The notes beneath the pieces are model-generated. The model was given only the letters and a program-made list of their open reading frames with translations. It was not told the DNA's origin and searched no databases. A stretch of 63,990 nucleotides of DNA, the filler included, from Pirum gemmata (taxonomy: Eukaryota): the NCBI GenBank assembly GCA_002812295.1. It is 30 parts of 30 records of this genome, joined end to end, with 100 filler letters (N's around TTAATTAATTAA, not from the genome) between each part and the next. Parts side by side here need not be neighbours in the genome. Positions count along the whole stretch, not along the records: positions 36,981 to 38,812 come from PDIN01010371.1; positions 38,913 to 40,824 come from PDIN01010372.1; positions 40,925 to 43,410 come from PDIN01010373.1; positions 43,511 to 45,419 come from PDIN01010374.1; positions 45,520 to 47,428 come from PDIN01010375.1; positions 47,529 to 50,933 come from PDIN01010376.1; positions 51,034 to 52,914 come from PDIN01010377.1; 23 more parts are not named here. One strand, written 5' to 3'. The position numbers and the translations under genes were made by a program. Of the stretch, positions 38,424 to 51,241 are shown piece by piece. Each line of letters begins with the position of its first letter. Within the stretch, counting starts at the first letter, position 1.

Positions 38424-39911
38424 TTTTTACTTTACGTAATATATAGTCAAAACGAGTTGAAATTATATTCATAATAATGATAAAAATATATAATAGTAAT
38501 AATAATAATACTAATGCTAGTTAATTAATACTATTACTAATGTCATTACCATCACTGCCACTAATACTAATACTAATATTAACACTCATACTAATCCTGA
38601 TATATTAATACTAATAATTATATGATATTGATATTGATATTAAAACAAATACTAATATCAATAAGTGATAATAATAATAATAATAATAATAATGATGATG
38701 ATAATAATGACGATAATAATAATAATAATAATAATGCTGATGCTGATGCTGATGCTGATGCTGATGCTGATGATGCTGATGATGCTGATGATGCTGATGA
38801 TGATGCTGATGCNNNNNNNNNNNNNNNNNNNNNNNNNNNNNNNNNNNNNNNNNNNNTTAATTAATTAANNNNNNNNNNNNNNNNNNNNNNNNNNNNNNNN
38901 NNNNNNNNNNNNTAATAATAATAATAATAATAATAATAATAAGGCTTATTAACAATAATAATAATAATAGTAAGTGTTAGTAGAATTTTCAGTACTAGTA
39001 AATGTTAGGTTGGATAGGGCTAGCTAGGATAGGGTCAGCGTAGCTAGCTAGCTAGACTGGTATCATAGGGTATCATAGCTATTGATAGATTCTACCAGTA
39101 GTACTGGTACCCCTTATCTGTTTTAGATTGTAATAAAATTTAAATATAAACATCCTATTTATTTATAAATACGGTCAATAAAATTAAATAATATATATAA
39201 GAATATATAATTATTTTAAACTGATGCTTGCAAGTTATGTATTTAAATGTACCGAAATAAAAGAATAAATAGAGTCGCCAGCTCTAGCTGGTTAGCTACT
39301 ATTGCTCGCAATCGGTATCATACTACTAGCTAGCTAGAGCTAGTAGCTAGTAGCTAGTAGAGAGTCTAGAGACTACTAGCTAGTCACAAAACTAGCTAGA
39401 GTGACTTTGATACTCTGTACATGTATTGATACCGGTAGTATCGATAGACTATCCCAGATTCCCAGTACCACTGTACCACTAGCTAGCTAGCTAGTAGCTG
39501 AAGCACTGAAGCAGTAGACTAGCTAGACTATATGATTGAGTCGACCCCCCTACTATGTATATGAAACTGTGCCTAGCTAGCTAGGAAACTGTGCTATGAA
39601 ACTGTTTAAAATAATAATATGAATGAAGTCTGGACTCTGAACTTCTGAAGACTATCGAAGTCTATCGTCGTCTATCGTCGTCTATCAATATTATATTTGA
39701 TTTAATTAGTGAGCCAATCAAGTTGAAAAAAAAAAAAAAGAGTCTCTAGAAAAGTTCTGAACGAAGTGAAGTTACTTGCTATGAAGCCTATGATAGCTAG
39801 AGAAAAAAAGTTGTAGTCTAGCTAGCTAGCTAGCTAGGGTTAGGGACCAGGGTTTTAGAGGGTTAGGGTATCGATATATGATATAATAGTAGCTAGCTAG
39901 ACTAGCTAGTA

Positions 39912-40110
39912 GGGGTTAGTAGGGTTAGGGTTAGGGTTAGGGTTAGGGTCTGTTAGGGTTAGGGTTAGGGTTAGGGTGGTTAGGGTTAGGGTTAGGGTTA
40001 GGGTTAGGGTTAGGGTTAGGGTTAGGGTTAGGGTTNTTAGGGTTAGGGTTAGGGTTAGGGTTAGGGTTAGGGTTAGGGTTAGGGTTAGGGTTAGGGTCCT
40101 TGGGTTAGGT
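39912..40110 (+). repeat. Internal (TTAGGG)n array
   Basis: Seen directly. Others at 42402-42460, 43293-43362, 46063-46278, 46432-46486, 46603-46771 and 54477-54553. Confidence 0.92.
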
Positions 40111-40118
40111 TAAAACTC

Positions 40119-40333
40119 TATCGTCTATTTCATTACAGTTGTCCTTTCTACCTTTAATTTGGTACCGTTCAATTGTATAATTGAACTTTTTTATAAATAT
40201 AGAATTATTATATAAAATATCAAATTAATTAAAACATGACCAATTAATTATAATTTGGTAAGCTTATTTCAGTTTTTCTAGTTCAGTTTTTGAACTGGAC
40301 AACACTAGTACAACACTATTGAAAAACACGATA
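40119..40333. mobile_element. MITE family B (TATCGTCTATTTCA...TGAAAAACACGATA)
   Basis: A second full copy is at 63690-63877, with partial copies near 13081-13200, 43070-43200 and 53100-53241. The ends are related to family A. Confidence 0.8.
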
Positions 40334-40924
40334 GCTAGCTAGCAGCTATCATAGCTATCATATAGGATTCATAGTTAGTCGACGTCGTGTTGTAGACACT
40401 TTGTAGAGTGAATGATTGTAATAAATATTCTATTACTATATTATAGTAGACTAGTTATATAGTCTAGCTATCATAGTATTGTAAACAATAAAATGATAGT
40501 CAGTCTATTTTTATTTATCAAGGTTCTTGGATTTTTCTTGAAATCCTTGGAAATTTATTATATATTTCTACTGATATATTTCTACTATTTCTACGATAGA
40601 CTAGTACTACTAGTAGTAGCTAGAGTAACTATATAATAAATAATTATCATATCTGATAATAGATTAGGGTCAGGGAAGGGCAAGGACTCCAAGGAGTAGA
40701 TTTTAGCTAAAAATTTTGCTACAGTTTCGAGCTATACGGTAGTTTGGGTAAACGAACCACCCACCCTCAGAAAGCCAATATTATTTTTAGCTACAGTCAG
40801 AGTACTCTCTAGTCTTATTCGTTTNNNNNNNNNNNNNNNNNNNNNNNNNNNNNNNNNNNNNNNNNNNNTTAATTAATTAANNNNNNNNNNNNNNNNNNNN
40901 NNNNNNNNNNNNNNNNNNNNNNNN

Positions 40925-41344
40925 TATGTTAATTGTGCAGATGTAACAGTCGAAAATAAGAATGGCAATTATAAAGTAGATACTGGTATGACTGACATTG
41001 GGGTAACAAGTGCATTACAGCATTTACCAAGCCAAGCTAGTGCTTATCGTTATGCTCATAGAGGCGAGTTTGGACCTGAGTATTTAGTTGGACCTAAACT
41101 GGCTACATATACTTTAGTGGGCAATAATGATAATGCTCCAACTCCATCCACTACTCCTACGCCAATTCCTACTTCTAGTCCACCTTCAAATGATTTGGAA
41201 GAAGAAGCAAGAATTGCTAGAGAAGAAGCTGTCTTAGCTCGACTAAAAGCCAATGAAGCAAAACAAGAATGGAACGATGCTAAAGATGCCCGGATTGAAG
41301 CCCAACTAGCTGAAAAAGATTATTATCATATTGTATATGAATAA
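40925..41344 (+). CDS. 3' part of a gene: YVNCADV motif, Pro/Thr linker and charged coiled-coil tail (possible LPMO-like secreted protein)
   Basis: The frame is open from the fragment edge: YVNCADVTVENKNGNYKVDTG-MTDIG... Confidence 0.6.
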   Translation, partial: YVNCADVTVENKNGNYKVDTGMTDIGVTSALQHLPSQASAYRYAHRGEFGPEYLVGPKLATYTLVGNNDNAPTPSTTPTPIPTSSPPSNDLEEEARIAREEAVLARLKANEAKQEWNDAKDARIEAQLAEKDYYHIVYE

Positions 41345-43897
41345 TACCAACGAAACGGAAAAAGCGGCAAATAGATCGATCTAGACAATAAAACTAATTA
41401 ACCAACTTTATTAAACTGATATCGATTATTATCATATTGTATATGAATAATACCAACGAAAAGTAAAAAAGTAGCAAATAGACAATAAAACTAATTAAAA
41501 CCAACTTTACTAAACTGATTATTATCATAGCATATATATATATATAGTAAAAAATCACTCTTTTTCGCGAAAAAGAGTGATTTTTTACTATATATATATT
41601 CATTGACCTTTATGAAGATTACAATTTAATTAAAATGAACGCTGATCCGTACGTACGCGTTATGTCTGAGTGAAGAAGGATTGTGTGCGGAAAACAATGA
41701 GTATAATATAAAATGATGCATTTATTTCCACAACTAATGAATATAATATAATATTAATTAGGTATTAAATATATTTATTTAATTCATTATTATATAATAT
41801 ATGAAGCCATGGGTTGAAACGAAGCTCTTCGACTGGATTTTCTCGATAACCATAACAGAAGAATACAGTAGTTGAAAAATCGAACGGGGAGGAGATTTTA
41901 ATATTATTATAAAGGGCTACTGAACTTAACTTCAGTTGTTCTCAAGCTTGCTGTTCGAGGAATTTGGGTCAGAAAACCCGTCTTCAACCCGGCACACCGC
42001 CATACGCGTTAATTAACTAATATAAATCAATATGATATATTTATATATAATATTAATATTTATTATATATATTAATATTAATACAGGTTTTGTTTTTTTA
42101 ATTAATTAATAAAATAAAATGTTGACAATACTAGTAATATAATAACAACACATAATATATAATATCATTATTAATACATTGACAATATATATTTTCATTT
42201 TATTAATGTTAAAAAAAAACCAAACTTGTACGTGTATATTAATAATAATATTATATATATCATATATATATTAATTAAAATACGTATTTTTATTATACGT
42301 ATACGTATTGTAATATTATAAAATATTATAATTATGATAAGAATAAAAATAATAAAAAAAAATTTGTTGTACGTAGTCTATCATACATATCATACGCTGG
42401 ATTAGGGTAATAGGGCTAGGGTTAAGGTTAGGGTTAGGGTTAGGGTTAGGGTTAGGGTTAGAGTATCGAGTATCGAGTTGAAAATTTAGTGACGTCATTA
42501 ATTAATGCTCCCATAGAGACAAAGGCTATGATAGACATAGACAATTAGACATACAATTACAAAATGAATTTGAAAGCTTCAGAATGAAATCTAAGCCATT
42601 AATTAAAAAATGGAAATGAGTACTGTTTTGTGTAAAAACTGTAGAAATTCTAAGAGACATGATTTTTAAAAAAAAAACGTCTGACTTTTTTATTTCACCA
42701 GCATTTCCAGTTTTCGAATGTAAGTAATGTAATAGGTGTTTAATAGGTTTGAAATTTTCAAATACAAAAAAAAAGTTGGATTAGTAAAAAAAGTAGAATA
42801 TTCGTTACACTATTAAATCTACTAGTNAAGTGCATTTCTAAAGTGACTCCTACCATATTTATAGTACAACTAAAATATGATAGTAAAATAGTCTAGAGTC
42901 TAGACCCTCTTTGTATTTATATTTATTTATTTATCACTATTAGACTATTATTAGAACTATACTTTAGTTAGAACTACATTAGACTAGACTCTATATCGAT
43001 CTATATCGAGCTAGTCTATATCGATAAGAAAAAAAAAGAGATGCCTGATAAAAGGATAAAAGTGTGATATTTAGTACTGTTTAAGTATATAATTGAACTT
43101 GTTTAAAATCATAATATTTACTTTTAAAATAGCAAAAGTAGCAAAACATGCCCGATAGTTTTACTATAAATATAATTTGATACATTTATTCGTTTTTAGA
43201 ACTTCAAAACGCGATAAAAACGAAAACTTAGTTGACGCTTAGTTGATGGCCTCTTACTAAGCTAGCTAGAGTAGCTAGCCTAGTAGGATAGACCCTAACC
43301 CTAACCCTAACCCTAACCCTAACCCTAACCCTAACCCTAACCCTAACCCTAACCCTAACCCTAGACTATCTGATAGCTCTACTAGACTACTAGCTAGCTA
43401 GCTAGTAGACNNNNNNNNNNNNNNNNNNNNNNNNNNNNNNNNNNNNNNNNNNNNTTAATTAATTAANNNNNNNNNNNNNNNNNNNNNNNNNNNNNNNNNN
43501 NNNNNNNNNNATTATTATTATTATTATTATTCATTAGGGTTACGGACAATAATTAATGATAGACAGGGTTTGGGAAGTCGAATTCCAAAATCCTAGGCCT
43601 AATATGATAGTTAAAACGTTAGAGAGTAATAAAATGTTTAATATTACAAAGGGCACTTAATTAAGGTTAGTTATAATAATACATAATATTATCGGGCATC
43701 TTTAATAAAGAAAATAAAAATAAAAATAATTTACAAGGTAGACGTATGCCTCCATCTAGTACTAAAAAAATACAAGGGATATAAATTGGAAGATAAACGT
43801 AAGTGATTATGATATTGTTAATATCGTCTATTGGCAAGGTAAATATAAGAGACATTGATATTGTTAATTATCGCCTATTGTCATCTCGATGTTTAAT

Positions 43898-44135
43898 TTA
43901 ACAACTACAGGTAGTGAGTTGTAGCCTGAGTTAGGTCTGTGATGTCTTCTATCACCATCTTGTTCGATTTTTCAACATTAGGTAGAGAGTTGAAACCTAA
44001 GTTAGTTCTGCGATGTCTTCTATCACCTTCTTCTTCGATTTTTCAACTACAGTTAGAGAGTTGTAGCCTGAGTTGGTTCTGGGGTGTCTTCTATCACCTT
44101 CTTAATTTTTAAAAGCTTCTTGTCCGATTTTTCAA
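43898..44135. repeat. 71-bp tandem minisatellite, about 3 diverged units
   Basis: TCGATTTTTCAAC occurs at 43964 and 44035, and a longer third unit follows. Confidence 0.85.
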
Positions 44136-44403
44136 CTTCTAATAATATTATAGTCATCTAGACAATCAAGGTTCTCGCCCGTCGAACTTTACATATTGAA
44201 GGTTATAACAAATAAATTAAAACAAGAATAATAATTTGATGCGTTCATTGCAGTTTTTTGGAAATGGATAACACCTAATATTTAACCCTGATCCTATTTC
44301 CCCTATAATATAGGCATGCATGTATCAATTAGTGTTAGTCTTTTATCGTTTTGTATTACAATTGTTATAATATGGTTATTATAATTATAATAATATATAT
44401 ATA

Positions 44404-44697
44404 CTAAAGACTATCTAATCTATTGTACCGATTATGATTATTAGAATTTGTGTAAAGCGGATTATCTCTAGCAATTTGGCTATTATTTTTGTATAATCGA
44501 TTTTCTAAATGTATGTTATTATTCTCATATCTAGTTAACATACTGTGCATTTTCATTTCTCTCAATCTTCGCTCTTTTTTACAATTCGTACACATGATTA
44601 TTGCAACTATGATACAAGCAATCACAGTTATGATGAAAGCATACAGCAATAAAAACTTAACATTAAAGTATGTATCAATAATATCATCGTGATTCAT
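44404..44697 (-). CDS. 97-aa single-pass membrane protein with a cytoplasmic NPxY (DNPLY) motif
   Basis: ATG in an AAAATG context, a hydrophobic segment of about 22 aa, the basic stop-transfer sequence KKERR, then NPLY. Confidence 0.6.
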   Translation of the reverse strand: MNHDDIIDTYFNVKFLLLYAFIITVIACIIVAIIMCTNCKKERRLREMKMHSMLTRYENNNIHLENRLYKNNSQIARDNPLYTNSNNHNRYNRLDSL

Positions 44698-45635
44698 TTT
44701 CTTTTATTATTATTATTTATTGGAAATGTTAGTTAAGAATGTATTGTAATCAATTTACTAATTTTATTAATATTGTTATTATTGATATTGAATTGATATT
44801 GACGTTGTCAGTTGCAAGCTAATTGATATTTTTATTATTGCAATTGATATTATTGTTGTCAGTACTACTATTACTGGTAAAAATTCAAAAGAATAAAAGA
44901 ACAAAAGTAAAATAAATAAATAAAAATTTAAAAAATAAATATTTACATTTTTATTTTATTTACTTTTTTTGTTTTTTGTTTTTTATTATGTTACATTATA
45001 TATAATTTATATATCTACGTAATTAAGAAATCCAGGATTTCAAAGTCTTATTTTTATACTTTTATATTTATTAGTGTATAACATATAATTGAGTGTTATA
45101 ATAATTATATCTATTTTAAAAATTAAAAAATTAATTTTAATATAAATAAGTCAGATCACTATCTGGAGCTCTGGATCTGCTCTCTATGATGTCCAGATAT
45201 GCGAGGTTTTAATTTGGATGTATACAATGGCTCAGTCCACTCAGAGTCCCAGACTCTGCCTGTTTCATTTTGGTTATTGGGGGTTGGGAGATTGGTTTAA
45301 TTTTTTTTAAAAAAATATACTTTACTACTTTTTTTTGTTAGTGGGGGTGAGATATCTACTGGAACTTTTTTCGAACAGATGCTTATCGAGCCAACCTTAG
45401 TTTCGTGTTTCTTACTAATNNNNNNNNNNNNNNNNNNNNNNNNNNNNNNNNNNNNNNNNNNNNTTAATTAATTAANNNNNNNNNNNNNNNNNNNNNNNNN
45501 NNNNNNNNNNNNNNNNNNNAAAGGTATATAATGATAATAATAATGATAATGATAATGACAATGATAATGATAACGATGGTGATAATGATATGTTGTTGTT
45601 GTTGTTGTTGTTGCTGTTGTTGTTGTTGTTTGTGG

Positions 45636-45671
<36 letters not shown>

Positions 45672-45737
45672 AGTTGTTGTTGTAGTTGTTGTTGTTGTTG
45701 TCGTTTTTGCTGCTATAAATATTATATAATTATAGAC

Positions 45738-45959
45738 CTCTCCCAATTCTGCTCAAACCCAACCCGAAAACTCGAATTTCTGCTGTCAAAAAAAGCCAAA
45801 ATTCAGCCCCGTTCGAAAAAAAATGTTTTTTCGTATTTTTCAGGTTTATTAATAAATAAATATATTTGAATTCTTAAATGTAAGCTTGAATATTTCGAAC
45901 TTATTAAATAATATATAGACTCGAAATCTCGATTTCTAAACAGAGCAGAATTGGGAGAG
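45738..45959. mobile_element. 222-bp MITE with a perfect 17-bp TIR CTCTCCCAATTCTGCTC
   Basis: The right end is GAGCAGAATTGGGAGAG. Internal sequence recurs reversed at about 47335-47428, and a related end is at about 14285-14398. Confidence 0.85.
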
Positions 45960-48900
45960 TAGAAATTTTATTTTTATTTTTAGAAATTTTCCGAAAACGA
46001 TCAACGAATCAAAAAAGAAAAAAAAAAATGTTATGGTAAAAATCGTCTACAAATGTCTAACTTTAGGGTTAGGGTTAGGGTTAGGGTTAGGGTTAGGGTT
46101 AGGGTTAGGGTTAGGGTAAGGGTTAGGGTTAGGGTTAGGGTTAGGGTTAGGGTTAGGGTTAAGGTGAGGGTTAGGGTTAGGGTTAGGGTTAGGGTTAAGG
46201 TTAAGGTGAGGGCTAGGGTTAGGGTAAGGGTTAGGGTTAGTTTGGGTTAAGGTTAGGGTTAGGGCAAGGTTAGGGTTACGATGCGAATTTTATAATAATA
46301 ATAATAAAAAAGTTGTATCATATTCGAAAACTTTATGCCATATAATTATTATGTTACGAATGCATACGATAGTTCGAAGAGTGTTCAAAAACAAATTCGA
46401 GAATTTTTTCACACGAATCGAATCGGTATCGAGGTTAGGGTTAGGGTTAGGGTTAGCTATAGGGTTAGGGAGTGGTTAGGGTTAGACTTAATTAAGTAAA
46501 TACTAACTACGTTCGAATCTATAGTCAATTTATTTATAACAGGTGCAACAATAAACCCTACAAGATATAAATAATATTATTATATCATATACGATATACA
46601 GCAGGGTTAGGGTTAAGGTTACGGTTAGGGTTACGGTTAGGGTTAGGGTTAGGGTTAGGGTCAGGGTTAGGGTGTGTTAGGGTTATGGTTACGGTTACGG
46701 TTACGGTTACGGTTACGGTTACGGTTACGGTAAGGGTTAGGGTTAGGGTTAGGGTTAGGGTTAGTTAGGGTTCATATTTACAAATAAATATAAAATAAAT
46801 ATCCCAGTTCGATATTTTCATAATTCTGAATGACCACGAATCGATCTAATCGATTCGAATTCCAAGAATCAATTCGAGTTTAGAAAATTTTTTTAAAAAA
46901 AATCGAAATGGGCATTGGCTACGCAAACCATCTATCATAGATTCATAATAATATTATAATGTATTGTGCTTTTCATTTTATTATTTATTTTATCACTCTG
47001 AATATTTATTTTGTTGGTTATAATATTTACATTGATACTTTTAAATTAATAATTAAATAATAAAACATACCAAATTAAGTAAAATGGATTTATATTGTAT
47101 TAATTTGGTATCTTTTATTGTATATTTTATGATAACAAAATAGCTGAAAAACACGCCATATTTGTACAAAAAAACAAGGTCAAATTACAAACGGCAGCCA
47201 ATGAAATGTAAGTTTTCGAAAAGAAGCTATTTGATTGGATAAAAACAAAACTTACATAAAAAAAGTTCCAAATATAGTAAGATATTAGCCAGCAGGATTA
47301 TAGACTTCTGAGGCTCACCTGTTTTTTTTAAAAAAAATCGAGATTTCGAGTCTGTATACTAATTAATAAGTTCGAAATGTTCAAGCTTACAATTAAGTAT
47401 TCAAATATATTTATTTATTGAGAAACCCNNNNNNNNNNNNNNNNNNNNNNNNNNNNNNNNNNNNNNNNNNNNTTAATTAATTAANNNNNNNNNNNNNNNN
47501 NNNNNNNNNNNNNNNNNNNNNNNNNNNNGTGCTTGTGCTTGTGCTTGTGCTTGTGCTTGTGCTTGTTGACTGTAATAAAGCAGTTAGCTATCGATACTCT
47601 AGCTATCAGATACAGTAGACTGAGAGGACAACTAACTGTAGTGAACGCACGGACCCCGTTTACCTATCTGATACTATAATATGTCTATCATACTAGACCT
47701 ACTCTATGATAGCTACGTATAGCTAGCTAGCTATGATAGCTACTAGCTAGGGCTACAGGCTACTAAGGGCTATAGCCTTTTACTGATAGACTAGCTAGTA
47801 CTGATAGACTTCAGTACTTCAGTTTATAAATATTATTAGATAACTTAAAAATGGGACTATCACCTCCCTAATTAGCATGTAATACTTCCTAAATAAATAT
47901 ATTTAGCTATTATACATATATTTCATAATTTGTTTACTTATCTAAAAAAATGCAATTGTATTTTTAAATATACCAAAATGATTATGTTTTTTTTTTTTGA
48001 ACGAGAAATATAGTCTACTGAAATATTTTTTACTATTTGGTAGGTGTAGACCTCTGGTAGCTACCGATAGAGTCTACCGATAGACACTACTAGCTAGTAG
48101 ACTAAACTTAGACTAGTCAGTCTACTGATAAAAAAAATTCACAGTCACCTGATCAGTGACGTCAGTCTTTCTAAAGAAAAGACCTCATGTCTCCTCATGC
48201 CTTGCGGGCAGTCTTTCTCAAATTCTCGCCTCTCTACTAGCTAGCTAGCTATCATAGCTAGTAGAGATCTACCAGTAGGAAAGCTACTACTAGCTAGTAG
48301 CTAGCTAGCTAGAGAGAGCTAGATGAGTTAGATCTAGCTAGCTAGTAGCTACTACTAGCCACAGTAGCTAGATCATGATTTTGCACAATGATAGAATGAG
48401 CTATTGATAGATAATATTATATTAGTGGCCAGCTAGAGCTGCTAGACCAGCTAGCTAGCTAGCTAGTTATACATCTATATATTATCCTAGCTAGCTACTA
48501 GCTATGATAGGCTAGCTACTACTAGCTAGTAGCTAGCTAGGAGTGATAGTCTAACTAGCTAGCTAGCTATTTAGGGTTTAAAAGGGTTAGGGTAAGGTTT
48601 AGAGGGTTATAAACCCAGATTGGAATATGAGGTATCTAAAATTGAATCTGAAGGCCTATAATGGAAATCTAGCTAGCTAGGCCCAAATTAGATTGTTTCA
48701 AAATTTTTTTTGGCTGAAAAAATAATTAACTAAATTATAATTAAAAAACTATGAAAAAATATTTTACCAATCTTGTTTGTTTGTCAAAAGAACTGTCAAA
48801 AGGATCATTTCCACCAAGTTTTCAGTGTCAGATGGGGTTTAGGGGGGTGTACTTGACTTGTCTAATTAATTTTGTAAAAAAAATAGCAAAATTTTGTCAA

Positions 48901-49920
48901 TTTTGTTTTTTTCTGCTTGTTCGATTTTAATTTTGAAGTGCGCAGATTACTCAGCTCGTAAAAAGGGAGGGGTTAACAGTTTTAAATTTTCGATAAGTCA
49001 AGTGGGGGGTCGAGATCTGCCNNNNNNNNNNNNNNNNNNNNNNNNNNNNNNNNNNNNNNNNNNNNNNNNNNNNNNNNNNNNNNNNNNNNNNNNNNNNNNN
49101 NNNNNNNNNNNNNNNNNNNNNNNNNNNNNNNNNNNNNNNNNNNNNNNNNNNNNNNNNNAGTGAGTAAGTGAGTAACTTGCTTGTTTGTTTGATGTATTGC
49201 TTGCTTGTTGCTGGATTTTGATTTTGATTTTGATTTTGATTTTGATTTTGATTTTTGATTTTTAATTTTGTTTGCTTCATTCATTACTAATTATTGTTAT
49301 TGTAATTATTGTAATTAATTTGTTTTTGTTTTTTTTTCTTTTTATATCATATCATAATTAAATAAATTTTCTTCTCAAGGGATACCTGGTGTCTACTACT
49401 GTCTATGATACTATACTACGATCTGACTACTACTACGATAAAATATATCGATTATGGTAGGTCTATAATATATAATATCATACCTGTCTATCTCTCTATT
49501 ATCTCTACTAGCTAGCTAGCTAGTAGCTAGCTAGACTCTTCGGTCTGTAGACCTTCAGTATTTTTCCCTATTCTTGCGGGATTTGCAGAGATGGTTTTTT
49601 CGCGGCCCCGCTTGATAGCAGAAGTGAAGGTCTTGATAAAAAGGTGAAAAAAAAGACTGGTGTACTCACTACTCACTGTACTCAGTTCCCATTTTCACCT
49701 TTTTCCAAAAAATCCAATCCCATCAAGACCTCTGTCAAAAAATATCTCAATTTCATTGGGCAAATATTTTTTTTTGGAATTTTTTTTCGAACCTTACTAA
49801 AAACTTACATTTGACTTACTAATTTGTAAAAAATACAAAATACGTCAATTTTGCGTAATTTTTTTGTAAAATTTCCCCTCTCCGAATCTGTAGGTCTTTA
49901 AAAAAAATACTGTCTACAAA

Positions 49921-50185
49921 CCGGGATGTCAAATAGTTGTTTTAAATGCCATTTAAATGCGCCCCGGGGACAAAGGTGTGAACCCGGATCGGTCGGTCGG
50001 TCGGGAAAGTGCTTATTAAGGGGATTATCCCGAGACCGACATTTATTTAGGGTTAGGGTCGGTCGGTCGGTCGGGAAAGTGCTGAAGGGGATTATCCCGA
50101 GACCGACATTTATTTAGGGTAGGAAAACTAGTCGGTCCGGTCGGTCGGGAAATTTCTCGAAAAAACCTCGGATTTGACATCTCTG
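49921..50185. mobile_element. hAT-like MITE (TIR CMGRGATGTCAAAT) with internal GGTCGGTCGG direct repeats
   Basis: CCGGGATGTCAAAT...ATTTGACATCTCTG, with an internal duplication of about 65 bp. Confidence 0.65.
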
Positions 50186-50442
50186 CTTCGGAGTCTACAA
50201 AGTTACAAACTATAATGACTCACTAATGACTCTACATTCAGTGTCTATATTTGGTATTTATTTTGATCTTATACTGGTAGTCGATTATTTTTTTTAAAAA
50301 AGTATTATTGATATTTATTGCATATTATTTTATGAATTTATGATGATGATGAATACCATACCAGTTGAATACCTTAGTCATCATCATAATCCTAGTATTT
50401 TTTTAAAGGAATTAGGTGTAGTTATAATGTAGTGTAGTTATA

Positions 50443-50933
50443 AGGTTAGGAATTTGGTTAGGCATTAGGTTAGGAATTGGGTTAGGAATTAGTTTAGGAA
50501 TTAGTTTAGGAATTAGGGATTAGACAGTAAGTTAGGCATTACGTTAGGCATTACGTTAGGCATTACGTTAGGCATTACGTTAGGCATTACGTTAGGCATT
50601 GGGTAAGGAATTGGGTGTAGTTTTGTAGTTATAGGGTTAGGAATTTGATTAGGAGTTAGGTTAGGAATTAGGTTAGGAATTAGGTTAGGAATTAGGTTAG
50701 GAATTAGGTTAGGAATTAGGTTTGGCTTTAGGTTTGGCTTTAGGTCAGGCTTTAGGTTAGGGTTAGGGTTAGGAATTAGGAGTGGTTATAAGGTTAGGAA
50801 TTAGGTTAGGGTTAGGGTTAGGAATTAGGTTAGAGTTAGGGTTAGGGTTAATGATTAACGATTAACAATTAACGATTAACGATTAACGATTAACGATTAA
50901 CGATTAACGATTAACGATTAACGATTAACGATT
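50443..50933 (+). repeat. Telomere-variant satellites (TTAGGAATTAGG, TTAGGCATTACG, TTAGGG), then (TTAACGA)n
   Basis: Seen directly. Confidence 0.9.
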
Positions 50934-51241
50934 NNNNNNNNNNNNNNNNNNNNNNNNNNNNNNNNNNNNNNNNNNNNTTAATTAATTAANNNNNNNNNNN
51001 NNNNNNNNNNNNNNNNNNNNNNNNNNNNNNNNNTTATTATTATTATTATTATTATTATTTCAAAAATAGCAACATAATATTAATTTTATTTTGTCTTCGA
51101 ACAAGCAAAATGACCATCTTAGACTTTGAAGTAGTAATTTAAATTCTTAAAATATAAAAAGTAAAATGAAATAAAAGCCTGGAAACATCATTTTCTCACC
51201 TGATTATATTATTTAATTGTTCCGTTTTTGTAAATATAAAG

